A DNA stretch of 64,000 nucleotides from Oscillospiraceae bacterium (GCA_015064845.1 SVRL01000001.1:10346-74345); one strand, 5' to 3'. Counted from the stretch's first letter, positions 31,101-39,848 are shown. The notes: generated by a model from the sequence alone, not told the origin. Made by a program: numbers and translations.

Positions 31101-31794
31101 AGTCGTTGAGTTTGATACCGTCAGCGGTACGGGAAGTGGGGTTGCCGGATTTTTCGCCGGTCTGGTTCATGATGGTAGCAACGATGTAAGCAGCTTCACC
31201 ATAGGTAAGTTCTGCATAGGGATCGTAGTGTCTGGTTTCTTCAAGGAAGATAGCATCGAATGCGTTGCAGTAGTTCTGAGCAGCGCGCATATAGTTATAT
31301 GCCCAGTTGTCAGCGCCTTCAACGTTTTCATAGGATACTCTTTCTTCATAACCCATCATTCTAACGATGATGGCAGCAACTTCACCGAGGATGATGGTTC
31401 TGTCGGGAGCGAATGTGTATTCGCCGTCGCCGTCGTCATCTTCACCAACAATGAAGCCGGACTGGTGTGCGTAAGCGATGGCAGCGAATTTGTCTTCACC
31501 GGGCTTAACGTCAGCAAATTTCATGTCTGTGCCAAGCCAGATTTCGTCGTCCCAAGCTTCGTCAAGAAGCTGGTGGGATTCAATCTTTGCCATCCAGAAA
31601 ACGAACTGTTCTCTTGTGATCTTCATTTCTGCCTGGCTGGGGCTGATGTAGTCAACACCGATATCCTGAAGATAATCAATGGCATCCTGATACCATTTTT
31701 CTTCGGAAGTACGCGCAGCAGAAACAGTTGCGAATGTTCCGACTACAAGAATTGCAGCAAGAACAAGAGCGAGAGCTCTCTTAAAGTTTCTCAT
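28108..31794 (-). CDS. S-layer / SLH-domain surface protein
   Basis: Signal peptide, SLH-like motifs (ITREQF; FADV...GFIVG...FAPDRTI), acidic composition, Pro-rich linker, strong codon bias, own terminator. Confidence 0.8.
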   Translation of the reverse strand: MRNFKRALALVLAAILVVGTFATVSAARTSEEKWYQDAIDYLQDIGVDYISPSQAEMKITREQFVFWMAKIESHQLLDEAWDDEIWLGTDMKFADVKPGEDKFAAIAYAHQSGFIVGEDDDGDGEYTFAPDRTIILGEVAAIIVRMMGYEERVSYENVEGADNWAYNYMRAAQNYCNAFDAIFLEETRHYDPYAELTYGEAAYIVATIMNQTGEKSGNPTSRTADGIKLNDYFTPAVVENVGLREDRYFVISIGTEVVLQSVNGKDTLTISVEEFEALVRDALELADDEAVNVADVLAIGSLVNVIKNKRTGDIVRITFESTNQFTTILNTYLLKKTEEGLRLDDLVPDFFWKDVVVENGEVKSAILSFAGVEYTITNDENSDIYFYSKNMTGDKLSVAEAIANLKTAAEGCVYAVFSAAAENVTYREEINEYGQVINVIDVVKYDTVVIKDSADFVSDFNNDGEEFSFVVKTPDGEIVNTFAPSAIQTGIIEKVTVYAEEGYFLVNIRLSDDTLVENIKLPATKSDRVIEYTYSYKGAEKTYSYNIANNFPMLDEAEEAIKAGIVGEGTNITDATALWLNDRCVKFAVGEGNEAVYLASAFEKVENTGFVTDSELVEGQTNTYNVAITVVDENGVYDVIYETVRARASSMFDLANYKVYARIWSDSLLNPAAAANDTRVEGETDLIYVDVCKDAMSKYLLCSTGASLNDDWSDIYGGHKLGEVVYKTEYIKENTLGVATEKVVYVAEAIGYEPYYARTLVEGAYEYTLKYTRVEFVQAYKLVSSGLKIDWSNLEVLIVGTVNGEDKNDFVIFDPNNAEHAENYTEEKGYFITSEETVISIGKQQIDVPAGAVLKVFNAEDITYIKDGNEYDYVIKNNKEYFEAAEKTPVTLKDVEFTAEGLANAWNAEAVFGVNTVAEEDITLNDLAATIVFGENGIYIDVEAEKVTAYRVAEGAEVVFVVPSEDGFDCIINNYSDLVGKGVFGVEWNAKVVDNEITAIAIITDGEVLAAEIPEGVEIPEATLPPEPPVDPEPPVDPIDPPVGPTYTVIDSVEGIELAEGYKIVYFNNFANLTAETIHDGVDYKLVIRIEGAVSIEGELQDAIICYELDMNSGDEEFGLDMNLEQVAGMVKGNFYVVDANNEIVEVVDVVTAGKLMTKTAEIVTIEGETKLLAKMTETENEYVDLEALNVTFVTVNAKGNLEVVDGTFEGMTSFEYIAIGNVVYVIK

Positions 31795-31898
31795 AAGGTA
31801 TTCCTCCTAAAATTTTTTATAAGCAGCTCAATGGCCACACTTATATTTAATCATATCATACTATATGATTCCAAATTTTTCAAGAAGTTTTTGCAAAT

Positions 31899-31915
31899 TG
31901 TAACACAACTGTAAC
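31899..31915 (+). promoter_or_regulatory. WalR-type box
   Basis: TGTAAC-ACAAC-TGTAAC about 105 bp upstream of the S-layer start. Confidence 0.55.
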
Positions 31916-32121
31916 ATAACGACGATTTAAACAAAATCAATCATCTGTTTTTGTATCACTTGAATAATAAATGGCGCGAAAAAGGAAAGATGCAAAAATA
32001 AAGCGTAACATTTTAAAATTATGATGTGATAGCAAAGCCTTAAATTGCTTCAATAAAAAGAACCCTTTGTATCACTACATTGGGTTCTCTTCAAAATTTC
32101 AAGTATCAAATTTATTGGTTT

Positions 32122-34764
32122 TTATCCTCGAATAATATTATCCAACGATGTGCAACCGCTAAAAGCATATTCGCCAATATTTTGAACATTCGAAGGAATA
32201 TATATGGTTTTCAGTGCCGAACAATCCTCAAAAGCACAATCGTAGATATCCCTGACACCTTTTCCGATGGTTACATCGGTAAGAGATACGCAACCGTAAA
32301 AAGCTTTCTCTCCTATAATTGCAATGGAATCTCCGATTACGACACTTTCAAGTGCAGTGCAACCATAGAATGTAGCATATTCAATGGAAGTCAAACCGTT
32401 TCCAAGCACTACTTTTTTCAGTTTTTTGCATTCTTCAAACGCGCCTCCCCAAGATTCTTCTATCATAGTTACACTATCCGGAATAATCAATGCCGTAATA
32501 CCACAACCATAAAAAGCTTTGCCACCTATTGTTTGCAATCCTTCATTTAAAATCAATGTCGAAAGTCCCGAACATTCCGAAAATGCGCCTTCTTTGATTG
32601 TTTGAACGTTTGAAGGGATATTGATTGATGTCAACGATGTGCATTTTTCAAAAGCGTAATCTTCGATAACTTGAACCCCTGTCCCAAAATTAATTGATTT
32701 GAGATTGCTGCAATTGGCAAATGCTGCCCGAGCAATCGTTCGAACCCCATTTCCAATAGTAATAGATTTAAGTGAGATACAACCATCAAAAGCTTGCTCT
32801 CCTATGATTGTAACAGATTCTCCCATTACGACACTTTCAAGTGCAGTACAACCATAGAATGTAGCATATTCAATGGAAGTTAAACCATTTCCAAGCACTA
32901 CTTTTTTCAGTTTTTTGCATTCTTCAAACGCGCCTCCCCAAGATTCTTCTACCATAGTTACACTATCCGGAATAATCAAATCCGTAATTCCACAACCATA
33001 AAAAGCTTTGCCACCTATTGTTTGCAAGCCTTCATTCAAAATCAAAGTCGTAAGTCCCGAACATTCCGAAAACGCACCTTCATTGATGCTGTAAATGCTC
33101 GGAGGAACAGTAAGAGAACGAATACCTTTACAACCTTCAAAAGCATATTCACCAATATATCTGACCGGTATTCTGTTGATATGAGAAGGAAGTATCAATT
33201 CACCAGAAGAGCCAAGATAGTTCGTAATCGTGATACTGTCGTTTTCTTCAAAATACTCAAATTCATTCGGAGATGCTGCTCCTTCCAAATTTGCATAAAT
33301 TGCAGGAACGGACAGTGTCAGATCAAAGCTGTAACAATGAACTTTAACCGTATTGAATCCATCTTTTGTCATAACGGTATTCTCAAGCGAAAAATCTGTT
33401 ATTTGAAATGTTGTTCCATCGGAAACAACAGCAATCAAAACAACATCCTCGGCATCTACAACTTCGCCTGTCAAAAGGCGCTTACCTTTATAACTTGCAT
33501 TAATAGAGAGTATGCGCAAATATTTACCGCAATTACATTCATTCAGACAATTGCGAACGGTTCCCTTTTCGTTAACTTCCCAATCACCCCAAGTATGTCC
33601 CAATTCGTTTACATAACTGTCGGTATAACTCTTGTTGCATACAGTGCAAGTATGCGTGGTGTAACCTTTAGCTTCACAAACGGGGGCAGTAACCACAGAA
33701 TGATATTGACAATCGGTTTTGGGCAGAATAACGGGAGCAACAATTATTTCATTGCAAACAGAACATTTCACACCTTCCGTTTGACCTGTTTCAGCACAAG
33801 TTGCTTTTCTGCTTGCAATTATCGTTTCTGTATGAGGCAATTTAGAGATGATTTTTTGTGCTTCCAATACCTCCCCGCACGCCGAACATTTCTTACCTGC
33901 CGTCAAACCTGTTTGAGAACAAGTTGCCGCAACTCCTTTGATAATGGTTTCTGTATGAGAAATTTTTTCGATTGGTTTTTGTTCTTCCAATACTTCCCCG
34001 CATGTCGAACATTTCTTGCCTGCTGTCAGACCTGTTTGGGAACAGGTTGCCGCAACTCCTTTGATAATGGTTTCTGTATGGGGAATCTTTTCTGTTGTTT
34101 TCTGCGCTTCCAATATTTCCCCACATGCCGAACATTTCTTGCCTGCCGTCAAACCCGTTTGGGAACAGGTTGCCGCAACGCTCGGAACAACTTCTACAAT
34201 ATGTTCTGTCTTATCTGTTACCTTCTGCAATACCAATACTTCCTTACAAACGGAACAATGAGAACCTTCTGTCAAACCCGTTTTTTGGCAAGTGGCAGAA
34301 ACCGCACTGTCGATTACTTCGATATGCCCCAAAGCATCGATACTTTCTTCTTTTAAATCATAGTATTCAATATCGCCCACTTTAATTGTTGCCGTGTACG
34401 TTTTTATGCCTTTTTCCATACAAGTGGGGGCTGTTGTAATTTCATTCGCAATATCGGCAACCAAGATTTTTGTATGAGAATGATCCATAACACAAGATAA
34501 AGTTGCGGTTGCAGATTCAAAGCCCCGCCAATCCCACTCGATATTATCTTTATCATAATTATGTTGGATAATATCAACTTCGTCAATTTGTATTACCTTG
34601 CACAAGGAACATTTACGCTGTTGTTCTCCCTTCATAGAACATGTCGGCTGAACGGTTACTGACCATTCACCCCATTCATGCGTACAGTCTTTGCTATTAC
34701 AAGATGAAAATGCACAAATAAAAGTAAGCAGACAAACAAAAATCATTACAATTCTTTTCTTCAT
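32122..34764 (-). CDS. BspA-like leucine-rich-repeat lipoprotein with Cys/His-rich repeats
   Basis: Lipobox FSSC; ATC-x3-G-x3-G-x2-C-x2-C repeats; C-terminal IGxxAFxxCxxL LRR_5-type repeats; GGAG RBS. Confidence 0.88.
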   Translation of the reverse strand: MKKRIVMIFVCLLTFICAFSSCNSKDCTHEWGEWSVTVQPTCSMKGEQQRKCSLCKVIQIDEVDIIQHNYDKDNIEWDWRGFESATATLSCVMDHSHTKILVADIANEITTAPTCMEKGIKTYTATIKVGDIEYYDLKEESIDALGHIEVIDSAVSATCQKTGLTEGSHCSVCKEVLVLQKVTDKTEHIVEVVPSVAATCSQTGLTAGKKCSACGEILEAQKTTEKIPHTETIIKGVAATCSQTGLTAGKKCSTCGEVLEEQKPIEKISHTETIIKGVAATCSQTGLTAGKKCSACGEVLEAQKIISKLPHTETIIASRKATCAETGQTEGVKCSVCNEIIVAPVILPKTDCQYHSVVTAPVCEAKGYTTHTCTVCNKSYTDSYVNELGHTWGDWEVNEKGTVRNCLNECNCGKYLRILSINASYKGKRLLTGEVVDAEDVVLIAVVSDGTTFQITDFSLENTVMTKDGFNTVKVHCYSFDLTLSVPAIYANLEGAASPNEFEYFEENDSITITNYLGSSGELILPSHINRIPVRYIGEYAFEGCKGIRSLTVPPSIYSINEGAFSECSGLTTLILNEGLQTIGGKAFYGCGITDLIIPDSVTMVEESWGGAFEECKKLKKVVLGNGLTSIEYATFYGCTALESVVMGESVTIIGEQAFDGCISLKSITIGNGVRTIARAAFANCSNLKSINFGTGVQVIEDYAFEKCTSLTSINIPSNVQTIKEGAFSECSGLSTLILNEGLQTIGGKAFYGCGITALIIPDSVTMIEESWGGAFEECKKLKKVVLGNGLTSIEYATFYGCTALESVVIGDSIAIIGEKAFYGCVSLTDVTIGKGVRDIYDCAFEDCSALKTIYIPSNVQNIGEYAFSGCTSLDNIIRG
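32336..33081 (-). repeat. Intragenic duplication of ~260 bp (offset 489 bp) in the LRR region
   Basis: EGAFSECSGL...YGCTALESVV block occurs twice with near-identical DNA. Confidence 0.85.
33850..34190 (-). repeat. 123-bp (41-aa) tandem repeat, ~3 copies
   Basis: VAATCSQTGLTAGKKCS(A/T)CGE repeated; DNA anchors at 33901, 34024 and 34147. Confidence 0.88.
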
Positions 34765-34868
34765 AAAAACTCCTTTTCCTACATTTATAATTATATAAAC
34801 AAAAATCAGCATTTTACAAAATTTCATCGGCATATCACAAAGTCTTGCAAAATCACTCTTTATTTACA

Positions 34869-34897
34869 ATTATAATTCCATAAAAGAATTATGTCAA
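34869..34897 (-). promoter_or_regulatory. Consensus sigma-A promoter of the LRR gene
   Basis: Minus strand TTGACA-17 bp-TATAAT. Confidence 0.8.
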
Positions 34898-34930
34898 GCG
34901 TTTTTCACTATAATTCTGTTTTGGAATTAT
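34872..34930. promoter_or_regulatory. Two palindromic operators ATAATTC-N7-GAATTAT
   Basis: Exact copies at 34872-34892 and 34910-34930 between the divergent LRR and XRE genes. Confidence 0.7.
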
Positions 34931-34993
34931 AAAAAATCTTCCAAACCATATAATTTTTACATCAAAATATATCAATCAAGGAAGAATTATTTT

Positions 34994-35254
34994 ATGAAAA
35001 TCAGAAAAAAAGAATATGGTGACTGCAACATGGTAGGAAAAAATATTGAATATTTAAGAAAAGAAAGAGGCATTAAACAAAAGGATTTTATTTCAAAAAT
35101 GCAAACGATGGGACTTGATATCAATCCAACAAGCTATTCCAAATTGGAAGGACAAGTTCGGCTTGCTTCAGATAAAGAAATTTATATCATAGCAAAAATA
35201 TTAAATGTCAGCATTGATGCTCTCTTCGCTAATGTTGAAGATTCCTCGTATTGA
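34994..35254 (+). CDS. XRE-family helix-turn-helix regulator
   Basis: VGKNIEYLRKERGIKQ...YSKLEG...IAKILNVSIDALF. Confidence 0.88.
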   Translation: MKIRKKEYGDCNMVGKNIEYLRKERGIKQKDFISKMQTMGLDINPTSYSKLEGQVRLASDKEIYIIAKILNVSIDALFANVEDSSY

Positions 35255-35280
35255 TTGCAAATTACAACAAGCTTATAACA

Positions 35281-35314
35281 AAAAAAGGACGCCCCGAATG
35301 GGCGTCCCAAAAAA
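35281..35314. terminator. Terminator between the XRE gene and pheT
   Basis: GGACGCCC-loop-GGGCGTCC with an A-tract (U-tract on the minus strand). Confidence 0.75.
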
Positions 35315-35315
35315 T

Positions 35316-37751
35316 TTATTTTCTGATGGTAATACCGAGAATACGTTCTACGCCGCGCAAAATCTTTGCTGCTGCTTTATCTGCTTCTTCCACCGTCAAG
35401 GTGTGGTCCGCGCTGCGCAGAGAAACAGAGAACGAAACGCTCTTTTTGCCCTCTCCGAGCTGAACACCGCGATAAATATCAAAGAATTTGATATCTTCGA
35501 TCAAAGAAACACCGGAATGGCGCATAGCATCTTCGATTGCACCGACTGTAACTTCTTCATCGCAAACAAAGGAGAAGTCTCTTGTGCTTGCGGGGAATTT
35601 CGGCAATGCTTTATAAGATTTTTTGCTGTTTGCTTTTGCAAAAATATTTTCAAAATCAAGTTCTGCCAGATAAACCGCACGGTTAAAGGTGTAATTCTGC
35701 GCCACAACGGGATGCAATTCACCCATGATACCGAGAACGGTTCCGTCAGCGGCGGTAATTTCCGCACATCTTCCGGGATGGAAAGTTGCTTCATCCGTTT
35801 TTGCCGTGAATTTTGCGGAAATGCCTGCACAAGCAAAAATTTCTTCACACATACCCTTTACAGTATAGAAATCGCCCGTACCGTAAAGACCGATCATGAT
35901 CTTCACACGTTCGTCGGGAAGCGTACCTTCCAAACCGTGGATATTGGTAACCATGCCTTCCCTGGGAAGGAATACTTTTGCCATTTCGTAAAGAGCAACG
36001 GAATCGTTATCCTTATTGCAGTTGATTTCCAAAGTTTCGAGCATGGAAGGAATTGCAGTTGTACGCATGGTTTTCGTATCTTCGCCGAAAGGATTCATGA
36101 TTTCAACGGATTTACGGCGGATATCATTTTCAGCAAGACCTGCTTTATCGTAAAGCTTTGCTGCCATAAAGGAATATGTGTAGATTTCATCCAGACCGAA
36201 ACCAAGCAAAACGCCGTGAAGCTGTTTTTGCAAGGTTTGCTTTTTGGTCAAACCGCCCTGTGTCATGGAGGAAACAATATTTCCTGCCTGAATTTCGTTA
36301 TAACCGTAGATACGGACAACTTCTTCCGCAATATCGTTCATGCAACGAACGTCATCACGGTAAGAAGGAACGGTAATCACACCGTCTTTTACTTCAAAGT
36401 GCAAGCTTTCCAAGATGCGAACCATTTCTTCTGCGGAAAGGTTGATGCCAAGGAATTTGTTCATTCTTTCGGGTTCGAAAGGCACTGTTGCGATTTCTTT
36501 TTTCACGGGATAGCAGTCGATCATACCGCCGACGATTTCGCCCGCGCCGAGAAGATTGACAAGTTCACAAGCGCGTTCCAATGCACCGATTGTATTTTCA
36601 CTGTCAAGACCTTTTTCGAAACGTGCGGAGGAATCTGTACGCATACCGAGTTTTTTAGCGGTAATACGAACGGAGCTTCCGAGGAACATGGCAGATTCAA
36701 AAACAACAGTCGTCGTTTCTTCCGTGATTTCACTGTTTGCGCCGCCCATAACACCTGCAATCGCAACAGGCTTTTTGCCGTCTGCAATGACAAGCATATC
36801 ACTTTCCAGATTTCTCTGCTGATCGTCAAGCGTCATGAAAACTTCTTTATCGCCTGCGGTACGGACTTCGATATGTTTACCGTCCAGACACTTATAGTCA
36901 AACGCATGCATAGGCTGACCGTATTCCAGCATGACGTAATTTGTAATATCTACAATATTATTAATAGGACGAATGCCCGAAGCGCGCAATCTCATGCGCA
37001 ACCAAAGCGGAGAAGGTTCGATTTTTACGTTTTTAACCACACGCGCACTGTAACGGAAACATTTTTCCGTATCCTTGATTGCAATATCAAGATAATCGTT
37101 GATATCGCCGTCGGATTCCTTCACAACGGGGGTGGGGATGCGAAGTTCTTTCTCAAAACTTGCCGCGCTTTCTCTTGCAAGACCGATTACGGAAAGACAG
37201 TCGGGACGATTGGGTGTGATTTCAAATTCAACCGCTTTGTCACGCATAGCAAGCACGTCCACGATGTCGTCGCCGGGCTTGTAAGAAAGCTCGGAATATG
37301 CGTTGAGGATCAGAATACCATCCGTGGGAGCGCCGGGCATATCGTGGAGAGTAAGACCGAGTTCTTCAATGGAGCAGAACATGCCCTCGGAGATCATACC
37401 GCGAAGCTTGCCGGATTTGATTTCATGTCCGCTTGCAAGCTTAACCACTCTTTTTTCATCTTTGGGGCAATAGCAAACGGGAACGTATGCGCCTTCAAAA
37501 ACGTTTTTTGCAGCCGTGATGATCTGCAAAGTCTTTTCTCCGCAGTCAACCTGGCAAACAACCAATCTTTCCGCATCGGGATGCTGTTCAACCTTGAGGA
37601 TTAAGCCGACTCTGACACCGCTTACTTCGGAACCGCAAAGCTCATAGCCTTCCACCTTGGAACCGGTATCCGTCATTCTGTCACAATATTTTTTGATATC
37701 AATATCCGAACAATCCACGAAATCGGAAAGCCAATTCATAGACAATACCAT
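35316..37751 (-). CDS. pheT: Phenylalanine-tRNA ligase beta subunit
   Basis: tRNA-binding OB fold, EITPNRPDCLS, RFEKG and C-terminal FDX-ACB domain. Confidence 0.97.
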   Translation of the reverse strand: MVLSMNWLSDFVDCSDIDIKKYCDRMTDTGSKVEGYELCGSEVSGVRVGLILKVEQHPDAERLVVCQVDCGEKTLQIITAAKNVFEGAYVPVCYCPKDEKRVVKLASGHEIKSGKLRGMISEGMFCSIEELGLTLHDMPGAPTDGILILNAYSELSYKPGDDIVDVLAMRDKAVEFEITPNRPDCLSVIGLARESAASFEKELRIPTPVVKESDGDINDYLDIAIKDTEKCFRYSARVVKNVKIEPSPLWLRMRLRASGIRPINNIVDITNYVMLEYGQPMHAFDYKCLDGKHIEVRTAGDKEVFMTLDDQQRNLESDMLVIADGKKPVAIAGVMGGANSEITEETTTVVFESAMFLGSSVRITAKKLGMRTDSSARFEKGLDSENTIGALERACELVNLLGAGEIVGGMIDCYPVKKEIATVPFEPERMNKFLGINLSAEEMVRILESLHFEVKDGVITVPSYRDDVRCMNDIAEEVVRIYGYNEIQAGNIVSSMTQGGLTKKQTLQKQLHGVLLGFGLDEIYTYSFMAAKLYDKAGLAENDIRRKSVEIMNPFGEDTKTMRTTAIPSMLETLEINCNKDNDSVALYEMAKVFLPREGMVTNIHGLEGTLPDERVKIMIGLYGTGDFYTVKGMCEEIFACAGISAKFTAKTDEATFHPGRCAEITAADGTVLGIMGELHPVVAQNYTFNRAVYLAELDFENIFAKANSKKSYKALPKFPASTRDFSFVCDEEVTVGAIEDAMRHSGVSLIEDIKFFDIYRGVQLGEGKKSVSFSVSLRSADHTLTVEEADKAAAKILRGVERILGITIRK

Positions 37752-37773
37752 AAAAATTCACACTCCTTTTCCA

Positions 37774-38784
37774 TTAAAACTGACGCAAGAAACGAACGTC
37801 GTTTTCATACATCAAACGAAGGTCATCGATGCCAAGTCTTGCCATTGTGATTCTTTCCACACCCATACCGAAAGCAAAACCGGAATATTCATTGGGATCA
37901 ATGCCGCAGTTGGAAAGAACGAAGGGGTGTACCATACCCGCGCCGAGAATTTCCATCCAGCCTTCGCCTTTGCAAAGACGGCAGCCTTTACCGCCGCAAA
38001 CGAAGCAGGAAACGTCAACTTCCGCAGAAGGTTCTGTGAACGGGAAATGGTGAGGGCGGAAACGGATTTTGGTTTCGGGACCGAACATCTGCTTTGCGAA
38101 AAGCTCAAGAATACCCTTGAGGTCGCCCATGGTAATACCCTTGTCTACAACAAGACCTTCAACCTGGTGGAAAATAGGAGAATGTGTCGCATCCGCGGGG
38201 TCTGCACGGTAAACACGTCCGGGAGAGATGATACGGATCGGAGGCTTTTTGTTTTCCATAACACGAACCTGAACGGGGGATGTCTGGGAACGAAGCAAAA
38301 TGTTATCCGTAATATAGAAAGTATCCTGCGTATCTCGCGCGGGATGGTTTTTGGGAAGGTTCAAAGCTTCAAAGTTGTAATAGTCATACTCTACTTCGGG
38401 ACCTTCCGCAACGGAAAAGCCCATACCGATAAAGATTTCGCGGAGCATTTCTTCCGTCTGTGCAATAGGATGGCGGTGTCCGACAGTCTGGATTTTGCCG
38501 GGCAAAGTAACGTCCAATTTTTCCGTCATCAAACGGCGTTCCATTTCCTTTTTCTTCTGTTCTTCCGCTTTTTTCGTCAAGGCCTCTTCAATGGTAGCTC
38601 TGACTTCGTTTGCAAGCTGACCGATGATCGGTCTTTCCGCGGGAGCAACCTTGCCCATACCGCGAAGGACGGCTGTAAGCTCGCCCTTTTTGCCGAGATA
38701 TTTGATGCGAAGCTCTTCCGTGTTTTCCGAAGCTTCGATTTCAGCAACTGCTTTGATGCGAATCTGTTCAAGCAATTCTTTCAT
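37774..38784 (-). CDS. pheS: Phenylalanine-tRNA ligase alpha subunit
   Basis: [23 protein letters not shown] and [10 protein letters not shown] motifs. Confidence 0.97.
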   Translation of the reverse strand: MKELLEQIRIKAVAEIEASENTEELRIKYLGKKGELTAVLRGMGKVAPAERPIIGQLANEVRATIEEALTKKAEEQKKKEMERRLMTEKLDVTLPGKIQTVGHRHPIAQTEEMLREIFIGMGFSVAEGPEVEYDYYNFEALNLPKNHPARDTQDTFYITDNILLRSQTSPVQVRVMENKKPPIRIISPGRVYRADPADATHSPIFHQVEGLVVDKGITMGDLKGILELFAKQMFGPETKIRFRPHHFPFTEPSAEVDVSCFVCGGKGCRLCKGEGWMEILGAGMVHPFVLSNCGIDPNEYSGFAFGMGVERITMARLGIDDLRLMYENDVRFLRQF

Positions 38785-38863
38785 AAAACGTATTTCCTTT
38801 CGCGAATAGTAATAATAAATGGTATGTGAGCCGCGTTTTACCGTTTGTTTTCCAAATAAATAT

Positions 38864-38964
38864 AAAAAAGTGGGCAACGCCCACTCGAAGTTGCTTGCCT
38901 ATTGCAGTTTTTTCTATATCAAAACAACGCAAAACGGCAAGGTCAATTCGAGCAATTTCCTATA
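38864..38964 (-). repeat. Dispersed ~100-bp structured element, copy D
   Basis: Minus strand TATAGGAAATTGC...CCTTGCCGTTTT...ATAGGCAAGCAACTTCGAGTGGGCGTTGCCCACTTTTTT. Confidence 0.9.
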
Positions 38965-38968
38965 ATAT

Positions 38969-39222
38969 AAAAAACTCCCGTCCGCAGCAAAGGGACGGGA
39001 GCCAAAAGCTTCCGCGGTACCACCCGATTTTCCCGAAAATATTCTTTTCGGAACACTCAAATTACGCCGATAACGGGGCTTTCCGTCTGATGCTACTTTA
39101 TTTTCACATCAGCCACTCCAAAGCGAAAGGCGCACCGCGACGGATAATCCGATCTCAGCAAATTCGGATCTCTCTGTGAAGCCGTTTTCTGCGGATAGCC
39201 GCTTTTTCACCGTGTTTTCATA
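38969..39222 (-). ncRNA. T-box riboswitch (Phe) leader of pheST
   Basis: Minus strand shows AGAGA and GCTGA stem-I motifs, candidate TTC specifier, T-box AATCGGGTGGTACCGCG, and CTCCCGTCC...GGACGGGAG-TTTTTT terminator. Confidence 0.92.
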
Positions 39223-39234
39223 ACCATATGAAAT

Positions 39235-39263
39235 AGAATATCACAAACTTTTGTATTTTGCAA
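39235..39263 (-). promoter_or_regulatory. Putative sigma-A promoter of T-box/pheST
   Basis: Minus strand TTGCAA-17 bp-TATTCT with extended -10 TG. Confidence 0.55.
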
Positions 39264-39328
39264 TAACATTTTCAAAAATTTTAAATATTTTTTTATTTTT
39301 CTTTTGTAAAAATTGTTGGAATTTGATA

Positions 39329-39380
39329 TTGACAAATTTTCTTTTTTCCTATATAATATAGATTGTAAATAATTTGTTAA
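39329..39380 (+). promoter_or_regulatory. Consensus sigma-A promoter followed by a WalR-type box
   Basis: TTGACA(39329)-17 bp-TATAAT(39352), then TGTAAA-TAATT-TGTTAA at 39364-39380. Confidence 0.75.
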
Positions 39381-39427
39381 ATTTTTTACACAATTTTAAT
39401 AATTTATTATCACGGAGGAAATGACAA

Positions 39428-39766
39428 ATGAAAAGAATCCTTTCTATCGTACTCGCACTCGCTGTTCTTGCTACCATGTGCTTGGCATTCGCTTCCTGCG
39501 GCAAGCTCTCCGGCACATATGAAGCTAGCGGTCTTCTCGGCAAAACCGAACTCACTTTCAAAGGTGACACCGTTACCATCACCAAAGGCACCATCGAAGC
39601 TGAAGGTACTTACGAAATCAAAGACGACAAAATCACCATCGAAATTGAAAACGACGGCAACCTCGGTTGGGATGATATCCTCAAAGTTTTCAACGGTGAA
39701 CACGATTTCGAAAAAGGTAAAGATTACATCAAGATTGGTAGCACCAAATATACAAAAGCTGACTAA
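39428..39766 (+). CDS. Small hypothetical lipoprotein
   Basis: Lipobox FASC, GGAGG RBS, strong promoter, all-beta pattern (GTYE twice). Confidence 0.85.
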   Translation: MKRILSIVLALAVLATMCLAFASCGKLSGTYEASGLLGKTELTFKGDTVTITKGTIEAEGTYEIKDDKITIEIENDGNLGWDDILKVFNGEHDFEKGKDYIKIGSTKYTKAD

Positions 39767-39796
39767 TTCTTAAATTTTTATCTGACAGTTAAATCA

Positions 39797-39848
39797 AAAA
39801 GCAAACGGCAGTTTTTACCGAAAAGGTATTGAACTGCCGTTCTTTTTG
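39797..39848 (+). terminator. Intrinsic terminator
   Basis: AACGGCAGTT...AACTGCCGTT followed by CTTTTT. Confidence 0.75.

Noticed and set aside
28558-31914. 1118-aa plus-strand ORF antisense to the S-layer gene
   Set aside because: Shadow ORF explained by strong codon bias on the coding strand; no recognisable motifs.
32336-33081. LRR duplication as a diversity-generating retroelement TR/VR pair
   Set aside because: Both copies are in-frame within one gene, amino-acid changes are few and conservative, and no reverse transcriptase is in the window.
35205-37604. Long antisense ORFs over pheT and similarly over prs, rhaA, rhaB, the DUF4340-like gene, gyrA, gyrB and dnaA
   Set aside because: All lie opposite well-supported genes and have shadow-like F/I/N-rich composition.
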